Below, one piece after another: positions 7,901-16,676 of a DNA stretch of 30,652 bases. A model generated the notes under the pieces. That model was not told where the DNA came from and ran no database searches. It saw only the letters and a program-made list of their open reading frames with translations. The DNA comes from Myxococcota bacterium (GTDB taxonomy: Bacteria > Myxococcota_A > Polyangia > Polyangiales > Sandaracinaceae). Each line of letters starts with the position of its first letter. Positions within the stretch are counted from its first letter, which is position 1. The stretch is from the NCBI GenBank assembly GCA_036149055.1, contig JAYZQJ010000068.1, positions 1-30,652 on the forward strand. The letters are read 5' to 3'. Position numbers and translations under genes: made by a program.

Positions 7901-10900
7901 GGCGGGCGCCGCTCGCGAGCTCCTCGAGCAGCTCGGCGTAGCGCTGCACCTGACCCATGCCGTGGGCGAGGTCGCGGGCGCGCCGGTGCAGCGACGGGAG
8001 CTCGGGGGCGAGCTTGACCGCGGAGAGCAGCGCCTCGAGCGCCTCGTCCTTGCGGCCCTGGTGCTCGGCGAGGATGTGCGCGCGGTGCGCGAGCATCTTC
8101 GCCTCCGACTCGGGGGCGTCGACCGCCTCGAGCCGCTTCTCGATGGTGGTGAGCGCGAGCTCCACCTCGCCGCGGGCGAGGAGGTCCTTCTCGAGCCGCT
8201 CGGCCTCCGCGTCGTGCTGCGCGGCCGTGCTGAGCGCGGTCTCGAGCAGCTCCTTGGCCTGGGCCTCGTCCTCGTTGTCGCGGGCGAGGAGGCTCAGCTC
8301 GTAGAGCACCTCGGAGGCGCCCACCTGCACGTCCGGCGCGCCGGGATCCTGGCGCCGGACGACGAGGAGGAGCGCGCGGTAGGACTTCTCGGCCTTCTCC
8401 CGCTGCCCCGCCTCGCGCGCCATCTGACCGGCCATGCGCAGGATGCCCGGGTGGCTCATGTCCATCTTCCGGGCGGACTCGAGCTCGCTCATCGCCTGCT
8501 CGAGGTCTCCGCCCGCGTGGGCCACCTGGGCGAGCTGGTAGTGCACCGCGGCGCGCTCGGGCGAGCGACGACGGCCGAACGCCTCGATCTGCGCCTGCAG
8601 GATCTCGCGCGCCTCGTCGAGCCGCCCCGCGACCCGGAGCCCGAGCGCGAGCTTGCTCTTCAGGGTCTGGTCGTCGGGCGCGATCTGCACGCCCATCTGG
8701 AGGACCGGGATGGCCTGATCCGGCTGCTCCAGCTCCTCCTCGTAGAGCTTGGCGGCCTCGCGCACGTAGGCGAGGCGCGTGGCCTCGTCGGTCTCGTGCG
8801 GCGCCCCCTCCGCCAGGAGCCGCGCGAGCGGCTCGAACGCCTCGTCGGCGCGGTAGAGGTCGGCGAGCCGCGCCCGGGCGTCCGACGCCGTCGGGTCGGC
8901 GGCGAGCACCCGCTCGAAGACCCGCGTGGCCTGCTCGCGGTTGCCGGCCGCGAGGTGCGCGTCGGCGAGCCGCAGCGCGACCTGGGTGCGCTCCGCGTCC
9001 TCCGACGCCTCGAGCCGCCGCTGCAGCCACTCGGCCGCGACGCCCGGCTCGTTGCGGGAGAGGTGCAGGCGCGCGAGCGCGTCGAGCGAGGGGATCGACG
9101 GGATGATCGTGACCACCCGGCGGTGCGCCTTCAGCGCGCCGTCGATGTCGCCGAGCGGCTCCTCGAGGAGCTGCGCGGCGCGAGACCAGAGATCGGCGGC
9201 CCGGCCGGCGTCTCCCTGCTGCTCGACCTCGGTCGCCTGCGAGGTGAAGAGCTCGCCGAGCTCGTCGTGACGCCCGCGGGCGGCGAGGATCTCGGCGAGG
9301 CCCTCCACCGACGCCTCGTGGCCCGGCTGCTCGGCGAGGTTGGCGCGGAGCGCGCCGATGCGGCCGCCCTGCTGCTCGATGAGCCCGAGCACCCGCGACA
9401 CCTCGAGCCGCACCGCGAGGCGCGTCTCCGGGTCGAGGTCGAGCTCGAGCTGACGCTGCCGGAGGGCGAGCAGCTCGGGGAAGCGGCCGCGCTCCTCGAG
9501 CAGCACGCCGAGCTGGGTGACCGCCTCGGCGTCCTCGACGCTCTCGTCGACCACGCTCTGCAGGAGGCGCAGCGCGCGGTCCTGGTCGCCGAGCTGGTCG
9601 CGGCAGAGCTCGCCGGCGCGCCGCCGCATCTCCCGCGAGGCCTCCGGGCTCACCGGCATGCGCGCTCCGTCGACGAGGAGGTCGACCGCGCGCGCGGTCT
9701 CCCCGGCCTCGAGCGAGAGCCGGACCAGCTCGTCCTGGGCCCAGACCGCCATCTCGCCGGCCGGGCGCTCCCCGGTGGCCTCGCCGGTGCCCTCCCAGAG
9801 GCGCCGCGCGCCGCGGAGGAGGCGGTCGAGGATGGTGGCGGCGAGCTGCGCGTCGCCGACCGGATCGAGCGCCGTCTTGGCCGCGTCGTAGAGCGGGTCG
9901 AGATCGTCGGGGAAGTTGTCCGCGAGCTTGAGCAGCGTCTCGACCAACGGGCGACCGGGGCTGCGCCACTGGAGCCGCGCGAGGTCCCGGAGGGTGTCGG
10001 TGTGCCGCGGCTCGTGAGTGAGCGCGCGGTGCAGCGCCGCCTCGGCCGCCTCGAGATCCTCGGCCTGATCGCGGAGCCAGGTGCCGACCCGCGCCTCGAG
10101 CGCGCGGCCGAGCTCTCCGTCCACCTCGCCGGCGAGCGGGATGGCGGCGGCGGTGCCCGCGGCGAGCGCCGCGAACGCGCCCGCCTCGGAGGCCTTCGCC
10201 TCGATCGAGGCGAGCAGGTCGTCCTGCATGGCGTCCTTCGCCACCGCGCAGCGCACGAGCGCCTTGGCCGCGCCGCTCCAGTCGCCGGCCGCGCCGCCGA
10301 CCCGGATCGCCTCGGCGGCGACCTCGGCGTCGTGGGGCACGAGGGACTGGGCGGAGAGCCAGGCGGCGAGCGCCGCCTCGGCGTTGTCGAGCCGCTCCTC
10401 GCTGATGCGCGCCTGCTGCTTCCGCAGCGCCGCGGCGCGCTCCTGGCGCGTCTCCGAGAGCGCGGCCGCCGCCTCCCCGAGCGCGTCGGCCGCCTCGGAC
10501 CAGCGCTCGGTCCCGAGGGCCAGGCGGAGCAGCTCCGCCTCCAGCTCCGGGTTGGCGGGGGCGAGGCCGAGCGCGCGCCGGATGGCGTCGAAGGCCAGGG
10601 CCGGCTGCTCGGCGCGCTCCTCCTGGAGCCGGGCCGCCTCGCGCAGCAGGTCGACGCGCTCGGCGTCGTCGAGGGCGTGATCCAGCCGCGGCTCCAGGAG
10701 CGCGAGGGTCTGCTCCCAGTCGTCGGCCAGCTCGTAGGCGGTGGCCAGGCCGCGCACCGCCGAGCCCCGCGCCTCCTCCACGTCGAGGAGCTGCCGCAGG
10801 CCCTCCTGGGCGCGCTCGAGCCCCGGCACCATCTGGATGGCGCGGTGGTAGGCCTTGGCCGCCTCGTCGAGGCGCCCGAGGTGGCTGCGGCACACGTCGC

Positions 10901-12701
10901 CGACGCGCGCGAGCACCTCCGCCGCCCGCGCGGCGTCGCGCTCGGAGGCGCGCCCGAGCAGGGCGTAGATCTCGTCGAAGCGCTCGGCGCGCACGAGGAG
11001 ATCGAAGAGCGCGTCCACCGTCTCGGCGTCCTCGCCGAACTCCTCCTGGATCTGGTGCCAGGTCTGGATGGCCTCGCCGATCTGCTCCAGGCGCGCGGCC
11101 TGGGTGTTGGCGATGCGCGCGAGATCGAGCCGGCGCTGCAGCGCGGGGACGTCGGCGCCCACCCGGCGGCGGAGCGCGTCGACGTGGAGATCCCAGCGCT
11201 CCTCGCGCTCGGTCAGCTCGATCATCGCGTCGAGCGCCTCGAGATCGGAGGCGTCCGCCTCGAGCCGGCGCTGCCAGAAGCCGAGGGCCCGCTCGCCCTC
11301 CCCGAGCCGGTCGGCGAGACGCGCGCACTGGCCGAGGACGCGGCGGCTCTCGACCGGATCGGTCTCGAGCTCGGCGAGCTCCTCGAGGACCACCAGGCGG
11401 TCCGCGTAGCGCTCGGCGTCGTCGAGGAGCTTCTCGACCCGCCGCGCGACCGTCAACTTGGTGTTCGGGCGCGCATCCGCCGCGAGCACCCGCTGGTAGA
11501 GGGCGATGGCGCCCTCCTGATCGGCGAGCCGACCGGAGCGCACGTCGCCCGCCTCGACGAGGAGCGCGTACTGGCGCGGGCCGGGCTCGGCCGCGTCGGC
11601 CGCGGCGACGAGGGCCTGCGCGTAGGTCTCGTGCGCGCCCGCCTGGTCGGCGAGGTGCGCGAGCTGCTCCTGCGCGTCCTCGGCCGCGGGGTCCTGGACG
11701 AGCACCGCCGCCCAGTGGGTCATCGCCTCGCCCGACTCGCCGCGCGCCGCGACGCGCCGGCCGAGCTCGCGGTGCAGGGCGAGCTTCTCCTCGCCGGCCG
11801 CGAAGCCGAGCGCGACCCCGACGACCCGGATCACGTCCTCGGCCCGATCGGCGGCCTCGTAGCGCTCGCGCAGCAGGTCGAGCGCGCCCCGGCGCACCTC
11901 AGGCGCGGCCTCGCCCTGGGCGACCACGCGCTCGAGCAGCTCGAGGTTGGGCGCCTCGTCGGCCCCCGACTCGAGGAGGCCGCGCACCTCGCTCAGGGTG
12001 GAGGCGGCGTCACCGAGGTTGTCGAGGTAGCAAGCGGCGATGCGCTGCCGCATCGCGAGCGAGTCGGCCTCGGACGCGCCCTCGGTCCCGCGGCGCCAGA
12101 GCTGGATGAGCTCCTCCCAGCGCTGCTGGCGCTCGAGGAGACGCTCGAGGCTGGAGACGAGCTGGCCGTCGGAGGGGCGCAGCGCGAGGAGCTGCGAGAG
12201 GTAGTCGATCGCCCGGTCGGGGGCGCCCGCGAAGTCCTTGGCGAGCTGCGCGGCCTCGTCGAGCAGCTGCTCGCGACGCGCGTCGTCGCCGGCCGCGGCG
12301 AGGCAGCTGTCGTAGATGGCGAGCAGCTCGGACCAGCGCTCGCCGACCGTGAGCACGACCGTCACCCGCTGGAGCGCCCAGTCGGCCTCGGGATCGATCT
12401 CGAGCACCCGCGACAGGACCTGGACGAGGTGAGGCGAGTCCTCGGCGAACCACTGCTCGTGGAAGCCGGCCGCCCGCTGCCCCAGGGACTCCGCGAGGTC
12501 CCGGCTCAGATCCTGCGCGAGCACCGACCGATAGAGCGCGCCGACCTCGTCCGGGCGCTGGGTCTGCTCCGCCAGGTCCTCGAGTCGGTCCCAGCACGCG
12601 TCGTTCTCGGGATCCGCTTCGGCCGCCGCCAGCGCCTCCGCGAGCTGGTCCCCAGCCTCCGAGCCCGTCACGCCCCCCTCGCGGGGAAGATCCTCTGCCA
12701 T
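4908..12701 (-). CDS. Giant tetratricopeptide-repeat-like alpha-solenoid protein (~2597 aa), myxobacterial AgmK/GltI-like architecture
   Basis: Uninterrupted ORF rich in A/E/L/R, with recurring TPR-like units (A..LY.RVL..DP....A...L..L). No signal peptide or TM helix seen. Start moved to ATG 12701, which has GGAG upstream. Confidence 0.85.
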   Translation of the reverse strand: MAEDLPREGGVTGSEAGDQLAEALAAAEADPENDACWDRLEDLAEQTQRPDEVGALYRSVLAQDLSRDLAESLGQRAAGFHEQWFAEDSPHLVQVLSRVLEIDPEADWALQRVTVVLTVGERWSELLAIYDSCLAAAGDDARREQLLDEAAQLAKDFAGAPDRAIDYLSQLLALRPSDGQLVSSLERLLERQQRWEELIQLWRRGTEGASEADSLAMRQRIAACYLDNLGDAASTLSEVRGLLESGADEAPNLELLERVVAQGEAAPEVRRGALDLLRERYEAADRAEDVIRVVGVALGFAAGEEKLALHRELGRRVAARGESGEAMTHWAAVLVQDPAAEDAQEQLAHLADQAGAHETYAQALVAAADAAEPGPRQYALLVEAGDVRSGRLADQEGAIALYQRVLAADARPNTKLTVARRVEKLLDDAERYADRLVVLEELAELETDPVESRRVLGQCARLADRLGEGERALGFWQRRLEADASDLEALDAMIELTEREERWDLHVDALRRRVGADVPALQRRLDLARIANTQAARLEQIGEAIQTWHQIQEEFGEDAETVDALFDLLVRAERFDEIYALLGRASERDAARAAEVLARVGDVCRSHLGRLDEAAKAYHRAIQMVPGLERAQEGLRQLLDVEEARGSAVRGLATAYELADDWEQTLALLEPRLDHALDDAERVDLLREAARLQEERAEQPALAFDAIRRALGLAPANPELEAELLRLALGTERWSEAADALGEAAAALSETRQERAAALRKQQARISEERLDNAEAALAAWLSAQSLVPHDAEVAAEAIRVGGAAGDWSGAAKALVRCAVAKDAMQDDLLASIEAKASEAGAFAALAAGTAAAIPLAGEVDGELGRALEARVGTWLRDQAEDLEAAEAALHRALTHEPRHTDTLRDLARLQWRSPGRPLVETLLKLADNFPDDLDPLYDAAKTALDPVGDAQLAATILDRLLRGARRLWEGTGEATGERPAGEMAVWAQDELVRLSLEAGETARAVDLLVDGARMPVSPEASREMRRRAGELCRDQLGDQDRALRLLQSVVDESVEDAEAVTQLGVLLEERGRFPELLALRQRQLELDLDPETRLAVRLEVSRVLGLIEQQGGRIGALRANLAEQPGHEASVEGLAEILAARGRHDELGELFTSQATEVEQQGDAGRAADLWSRAAQLLEEPLGDIDGALKAHRRVVTIIPSIPSLDALARLHLSRNEPGVAAEWLQRRLEASEDAERTQVALRLADAHLAAGNREQATRVFERVLAADPTASDARARLADLYRADEAFEPLARLLAEGAPHETDEATRLAYVREAAKLYEEELEQPDQAIPVLQMGVQIAPDDQTLKSKLALGLRVAGRLDEAREILQAQIEAFGRRRSPERAAVHYQLAQVAHAGGDLEQAMSELESARKMDMSHPGILRMAGQMAREAGQREKAEKSYRALLLVVRRQDPGAPDVQVGASEVLYELSLLARDNEDEAQAKELLETALSTAAQHDAEAERLEKDLLARGEVELALTTIEKRLEAVDAPESEAKMLAHRAHILAEHQGRKDEALEALLSAVKLAPELPSLHRRARDLAHGMGQVQRYAELLEELASGARRKKDGPFAAGILLRLGRVTEEDLGDLDAASELYQRVEKLGERVVEAWQSLARVADARGDGAEEVRVLRKLVDADAAQVPNEARTKALYRIAEVQLAGGEVDAGLETLNGALEREPRYGRAGAILQAAAAHAPEHDALLALYEEVARASGDPAMVLDFLERRAARPDATLEHVREGVERADAVEAGDRAEALLTRGLDIARESEGGLRDALWVPISLADRRAAAGDVGAAITHMRAAAEVAEGDEAFRLWMRVADLASQDGGDLQLAASTYRELLGSDPSNRELWEPLAGVYAKLQDRDGLEEVVATTLDALLDPGDRNELRMFYAKFLLDVEQAQDEAVVILTNVLDEDPDHVEAAQRLADIFQATGDDQRLVDLLHRQLDRARDRQDVETIVELSLRMGKLLEPHDPAGAVELYRGGLDWAAQSAPLLEALLAHYGEGADPRERAELMERLLAVSSGEEGAKLANELMGLYRELDDEYGVARALDLGFKAAPGDATLRGQLEAYYREREEWDQLAETVRYDAANRETAEEALPRFREAAEIYREQLQNPSKAAEVMRGALEKAPEDLALLEALVADLAAAGLHSAAAEDVATALERFQEPGAERAHLLRLRARLELALGNAAPAVTDLEEAYAISAADTAQDLVAGLDQLRRDAAHAGDLDAERAATHRLAGVLTEAGNPEQGRDVLAEWVERDPRDGDALRQLRTVDEAAERWGEVARHDARLLEVEEGEAQVQAGLGLLDACRKIGAPAEARPGLEYALHHQPDSGPLREALKSLYEEIGAKRELAEMVLQDAHAAEDAEARFEAFRRAGELLNEVGEAEAALEPLAQAAAIQPDDHDLTIALADAYMGSSRLQEAVELLQEAINGFKRRRSPHLAAMQLRMARIAGISGDAETQKEWLSVALDADKNNGDVAAELAELSMELGDDDTALKALRVVTLQKTPGPMSKALAFLRQAQIAHRQGDQQKAVLWARRARLEDDSLSEAAQFLESIGES

Positions 12702-12821
12702 GATGTCTCCGCCTCTTGCTCGACCAACCGCAAATCCCGCACCACGGGACACCCCCCGGGGCATGGACCGAGGAGGATACCAGCCCACGGGGCCCGTGAT
12801 CGACGGCTTTGTGACGACCGC

Positions 12822-14732
12822 TCAATCGCGGAGCAGGCGCTCGATCTCGTCCAGACCGAAGGGCTTCTGCAGCCGCCGGGGGCGCTCGTGCTTGAGGAAG
12901 TCGCGGGCGCGGGTGGTGAACGCGCCGCCGGTCATGAAGACCAGCTTGGGGAGCAGCTGGGGCATGCGGTCCCGGATGGCCTCGTAGACGTCCATCCCGC
13001 TCACCTCGGGCATCATCAGGTCGCAGAGCACGAGGTCCCAGTCGCGGTCCTCGGCCAGGATGTCGAGCGCCTCGCGCCCGCTCCCGGCGATCTTCACGTC
13101 GAAGCCGTCCCCGAGCGCGATCGCCAGCGACTCCGCGAGCTTCACCTCGTCGTCGATGACCAGCAGCCGCCCCGCCCCCGCAGGCGCGTCCGGCTCGGTG
13201 TCGCGCACGTCGGGCACGGCGGCCATCGCCTGCCCCGCGGCCGCCGGCAGCTCCACCCGGATGGTGGTGCCCTCCCCCGGGGTGGAGCGCGCCACCCGGA
13301 TGTCGCCGCCCGCGCTCGTGACGATGCCGTGGCAGATCGACAGCCCCAGCCCGGTCCCGACCCCCTTGGGCTTGCTGGTCCAGAAGGGCTCGAAGATGCG
13401 CTCGACCGGGCCGGTCGGGATGCCGGCGCCGGTGTCCTCCACCTCGATGACCAGCTCGCCGCCCTCTTGCTGGATGCGGAGCGCGATGCGGCCGGTGCCC
13501 TCGCCCTTCTCCTCGATGGCGTGGGCCGCGTTGACCAGCAGGTTGACCAGCACCTGCACGAACCGGGTCTCGCTCCCGAGCACGCGCGGGAGCGCGTCGG
13601 CGATGTCGACCACCAGCTCCGCGCGGTGCCGGATCTCGTTGTGCGCGAGGTTGATGGCGGTCTTGGCCACCCGGCCGATGTCGACCAGGAGCCAGCTGCC
13701 CTCGTCGCCGCGGGAGAAGGTCTTCAGGTCGCTGGCGATCACGCGGACCCGCTCCACTCCGTCCTCGGCGTGGGCGACGCTGTCGAGCACCTTGTCGAGG
13801 TGGGACGCGTCGCCGTCGTCGCGGAACCGGGTGATGGCGCGGCGCGCGACCTCGAGGCTGGTCCGCACGTAGGCGAGCGGGTTGTTGATCTCGTGCACGA
13901 CGCCCGCCGCGAGCCGACCGAGCGAGGCCATCCGCTCCCCCTGAGCGAGGCGCGCCTCGATCTCGCGCCGGTCGGTCACGTCGTCGACGACGCCGACGCC
14001 GCCCTCGACCCGACCGTCGCGCAGGATGGGCGAGAAGAGCGCGCGATAGTACCGGCTGCGGTTGCCGGTCACCGACGTGTACTCGCCCTCGTAGTAGCCG
14101 TCCCGCCCCTCGGTGGCCTCGCGGATGGCGGCGGCCACGCCCTTGTTGGGCAGCGTGAGCATGTCGAGGCCCAGGACGCGCTCGCGGGTGGAGCCGAGCT
14201 GTTCCAGGAACACCTCGTTGCAGTCCGTGACCCGCCCCCGCGCGTCGAAGTGGAGGACCCCGACCGGGACGGCGTCGAACACCTTCTGGTAGGTGCTCTC
14301 CGGGCTGGGGTTCTCGCCGTACTCCAGCTGCAGCGGGTCGGTGGCGAGGTCGATGTCCTCGGTCGGAGGGCGGAAGACCGCGACCACCGCGACCTGGCCC
14401 GGCCCGATGGTGCTCGTCGAGACCCGGGCCACCTGGTGGATCTCCACCCCGTCCGAGCGGAGCATCGGGACGCGCACCGGGCGGCCCATCGTCCGGTAGC
14501 GGGTGGCCAGCCAGTCGAAGAAGGGCTCTCCCTCCACCTCGCGCAGGCGCTCCGGGACGAGGCTCGACGCCTCGCGCCCGATCAGGGCCTCCGCGGTCTC
14601 GGCGAAGAGGGTCGCCGCGGCCGCGTTGACGTAGAGCACGCGCCCATCCGGACCGCGCACGAGCACGGGATCGGCGAGCGCGTCGAGCGTGGCCTCGGCC
14701 GAGGTCGATGCTGGCATGCGGGGCCGACCCAT
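12822..14732 (-). CDS. Cytoplasmic hybrid histidine kinase PAS-PAS-HisKA-HATPase-REC (~636 aa)
   Basis: Two PAS-like segments (VLYVNAAAATLF; VTDCNEVF...DDVTDRR), H-box AGVVHEINNPL, N-box QVLVNLLVNAAHA, DTGAGI, IFEPFWTSK and GTGLGL. The receiver has VIDDE...CDLMMP...KPF. Start at ATG 14732 with TAGAGT 7 nt upstream. Confidence 0.93.
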   Translation of the reverse strand: MGRPRMPASTSAEATLDALADPVLVRGPDGRVLYVNAAAATLFAETAEALIGREASSLVPERLREVEGEPFFDWLATRYRTMGRPVRVPMLRSDGVEIHQVARVSTSTIGPGQVAVVAVFRPPTEDIDLATDPLQLEYGENPSPESTYQKVFDAVPVGVLHFDARGRVTDCNEVFLEQLGSTRERVLGLDMLTLPNKGVAAAIREATEGRDGYYEGEYTSVTGNRSRYYRALFSPILRDGRVEGGVGVVDDVTDRREIEARLAQGERMASLGRLAAGVVHEINNPLAYVRTSLEVARRAITRFRDDGDASHLDKVLDSVAHAEDGVERVRVIASDLKTFSRGDEGSWLLVDIGRVAKTAINLAHNEIRHRAELVVDIADALPRVLGSETRFVQVLVNLLVNAAHAIEEKGEGTGRIALRIQQEGGELVIEVEDTGAGIPTGPVERIFEPFWTSKPKGVGTGLGLSICHGIVTSAGGDIRVARSTPGEGTTIRVELPAAAGQAMAAVPDVRDTEPDAPAGAGRLLVIDDEVKLAESLAIALGDGFDVKIAGSGREALDILAEDRDWDLVLCDLMMPEVSGMDVYEAIRDRMPQLLPKLVFMTGGAFTTRARDFLKHERPRRLQKPFGLDEIERLLRD

Positions 14733-14818
14733 CCCGACGACTCTATCGCCTCGCGGGCGCGGGGGAAACGAGCAGCCGCGGGACACGCGCGCTATGCTCG
14801 CCCGCGGAGGTCCGGCAC

Positions 14819-16579
14819 ATGCGTACCCTCGTCTTCTTTGCTTGCACGATCTCGGCGCTGCTCCTGGCGGGGTGCGGCGCGCGTTCCATCCTCTCGATCG
14901 ACGGCGATCCCGACGCGTCGACGCCCCCCTCCGACGCGAGCGTCGACTCGGGCGTCGACTCCGGCGTCGATTCGGGGCCGCCTCCCGGCAGCCTGACGGT
15001 CGACTGCGGCATGCCCGAGCAGTTCACCACGCCGCGCCGCGCGATCACCGTCGAGGCCTCGGCCGAGAGCAGCGCCGGGGTCACGGCCCAGGGCTGGTCG
15101 GTCATCGGCAGCCCGCCCGGCAGCGCCCCCGACTTCGCCATCGACAGCCCCTCCACCGCCACGCTCACCCCCGACCTCGAGGGCGACTACCTGCTCCGCT
15201 TCGACGCCGAGGATCGCCGCGGCGACACCGCGAGCTGCGAGGTGGTCGTGCACGCGGTGGTCGGCCCGCCGGTCGCGATCTGCCCCGACGGCGATCAGCG
15301 GACCCTGCAGGACGAGCCGCTGGTCCTGGTGGGCGACGGCTTCGACGACGACTTCGTCGTCTCCTACCAGTGGGAGCTGGTGGACGCGCCGCCCGGCGCC
15401 TCGCCCAGCCTCACCGGCGCCGACTCCCCGGTGCTCGAGTTCCGCTCCCGCCAGCGCGGGCGCTACGTGCTGCGGCTGACGGTGATGGACCCGGACATGG
15501 CGACCGACTCGTGCGAGGTCGGGGTGCTCGTCACCGGGCCCCCGGAGGTCAGCTGTCCGCCCGACCAGACCGGCCCGACCCGCCAGCCGATCCGGCTGAG
15601 CGCCACCGCGATGGACGACCTCGGGATCGTGAGCCGCCGCTGGGAGGTGCTCCGCCGCCCGTCCCGCTCCACCGCGGAGCCCAGCCCGACCGACACCGAC
15701 GCCACGACGATCACCCCCGACCGCGTCGGCGACTACACGCTCCGGTTCACGGCGACCGACGTCGAGGGCCTGAGCGCCTCGTGCGAGGTGGACGTCACCG
15801 CGACTCCGTCGCCGCCGACCCTCACCTGCCCCGGCATGATCCTGACCGAGCCGCTCCGGCCGACGCCGGTGAGCGTGAGCGCGGTCGACGACGGCACGGT
15901 CGTGAGCTGGCGCTGGCGCTTGACCGACCAGCCGGGCGGCTCGGGGGCCGGCGCGCCGAGCCCCGCCAACGCGCCGATGACCACCTTCACCCCGGATATC
16001 GCCGGCGTCTACGAGCTGACGGTGACCGCCACCGACGACGACGGGCTCACCGCCATGTGCACGGTGCGCGTCGAGGCGGGCAACGTGGACGGGCTCCGGG
16101 TGGAGATGTTCTGGGACACCGACCGCACCGACATGGACCTCCACCTCATGCGCCCCGGCGGCACGAGCTGGGAGACGATGGACGACTGCTACTACGGCAA
16201 CTGCGACCGTGGCGCGGTCCTGAACTGGGGCGGGCCGGGGACCGACGACAACCCGCGCCTCGACATCGACGACACGAACGGCTTCGGCCCGGAGAACATC
16301 AACATCTTCCGGCCGGTCGCCGGCACGTATCGCGTCGGGGTCTACAACTTCAGCGGCGTCGGCCCGAACCGGGTCACGGTGCGCGTCTACTGCGGCGGCT
16401 CCGACACGATGCCCCGCCAGACCTTCGGCCCGGTCGCCCTGCGCGGGAGCGGCCCCGGCGGCAACCAGTTCTGGCGCGTCGCCGACGTCGCGATCGACGC
16501 GGCCGGCGGGTGCAGCATCACCGACCTCGCGGGCCCGGGCGGCCCGAACGTCGGTCCCTTCAACCGCTCCGTGCGGTGA
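14819..16579 (+). CDS. Lipoprotein with four PKD/Ig-like repeats and C-terminal YfaP/DUF2135-like domain (586 aa)
   Basis: GGAGG RBS at 14806-14810 and lipobox LLLAG-C. Four ~90-aa repeats (W....P.GS......TPD..G.Y.L...A.D....SCEV), then LRVEMFWDTDRTDMDLHL...LDIDDTNGFGPENINI...GTYRVGV. Confidence 0.8.
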   Translation: MRTLVFFACTISALLLAGCGARSILSIDGDPDASTPPSDASVDSGVDSGVDSGPPPGSLTVDCGMPEQFTTPRRAITVEASAESSAGVTAQGWSVIGSPPGSAPDFAIDSPSTATLTPDLEGDYLLRFDAEDRRGDTASCEVVVHAVVGPPVAICPDGDQRTLQDEPLVLVGDGFDDDFVVSYQWELVDAPPGASPSLTGADSPVLEFRSRQRGRYVLRLTVMDPDMATDSCEVGVLVTGPPEVSCPPDQTGPTRQPIRLSATAMDDLGIVSRRWEVLRRPSRSTAEPSPTDTDATTITPDRVGDYTLRFTATDVEGLSASCEVDVTATPSPPTLTCPGMILTEPLRPTPVSVSAVDDGTVVSWRWRLTDQPGGSGAGAPSPANAPMTTFTPDIAGVYELTVTATDDDGLTAMCTVRVEAGNVDGLRVEMFWDTDRTDMDLHLMRPGGTSWETMDDCYYGNCDRGAVLNWGGPGTDDNPRLDIDDTNGFGPENINIFRPVAGTYRVGVYNFSGVGPNRVTVRVYCGGSDTMPRQTFGPVALRGSGPGGNQFWRVADVAIDAAGGCSITDLAGPGGPNVGPFNRSVR

Positions 16580-16676
16580 GGGGGCCGCCGCCCTCGGAAA
16601 TAGAGGGCCCGCCGTCACCCGTCGAACGGTCGAGAACCTGCGGTCCGTCAGGCCCCTGGTTATCCTTTCAGCGGTC

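Noticed and set aside
4278..12701. Anti-phage defence island (MazG-like plus TPR)
   Set aside because: The MazG-like protein looks like the housekeeping dCTPase type, the TPR protein has no NTPase, nuclease or other effector motif, and no mobility genes are present.
5016..14996. 3326-aa plus-strand ORF, and the 1240-aa alternative-frame ORF 7606-11328
   Set aside because: These are shadows of the TPR and kinase genes. Long stop-free antisense and alternative frames are expected at this GC content, and the translations have no domain motifs.
16590..16608. GCCCTC-N7-GAGGGC hairpin after the PKD lipoprotein gene
   Set aside because: The stem is only 6 bp with no U-tract, which is too weak to call a terminator in GC-rich DNA.
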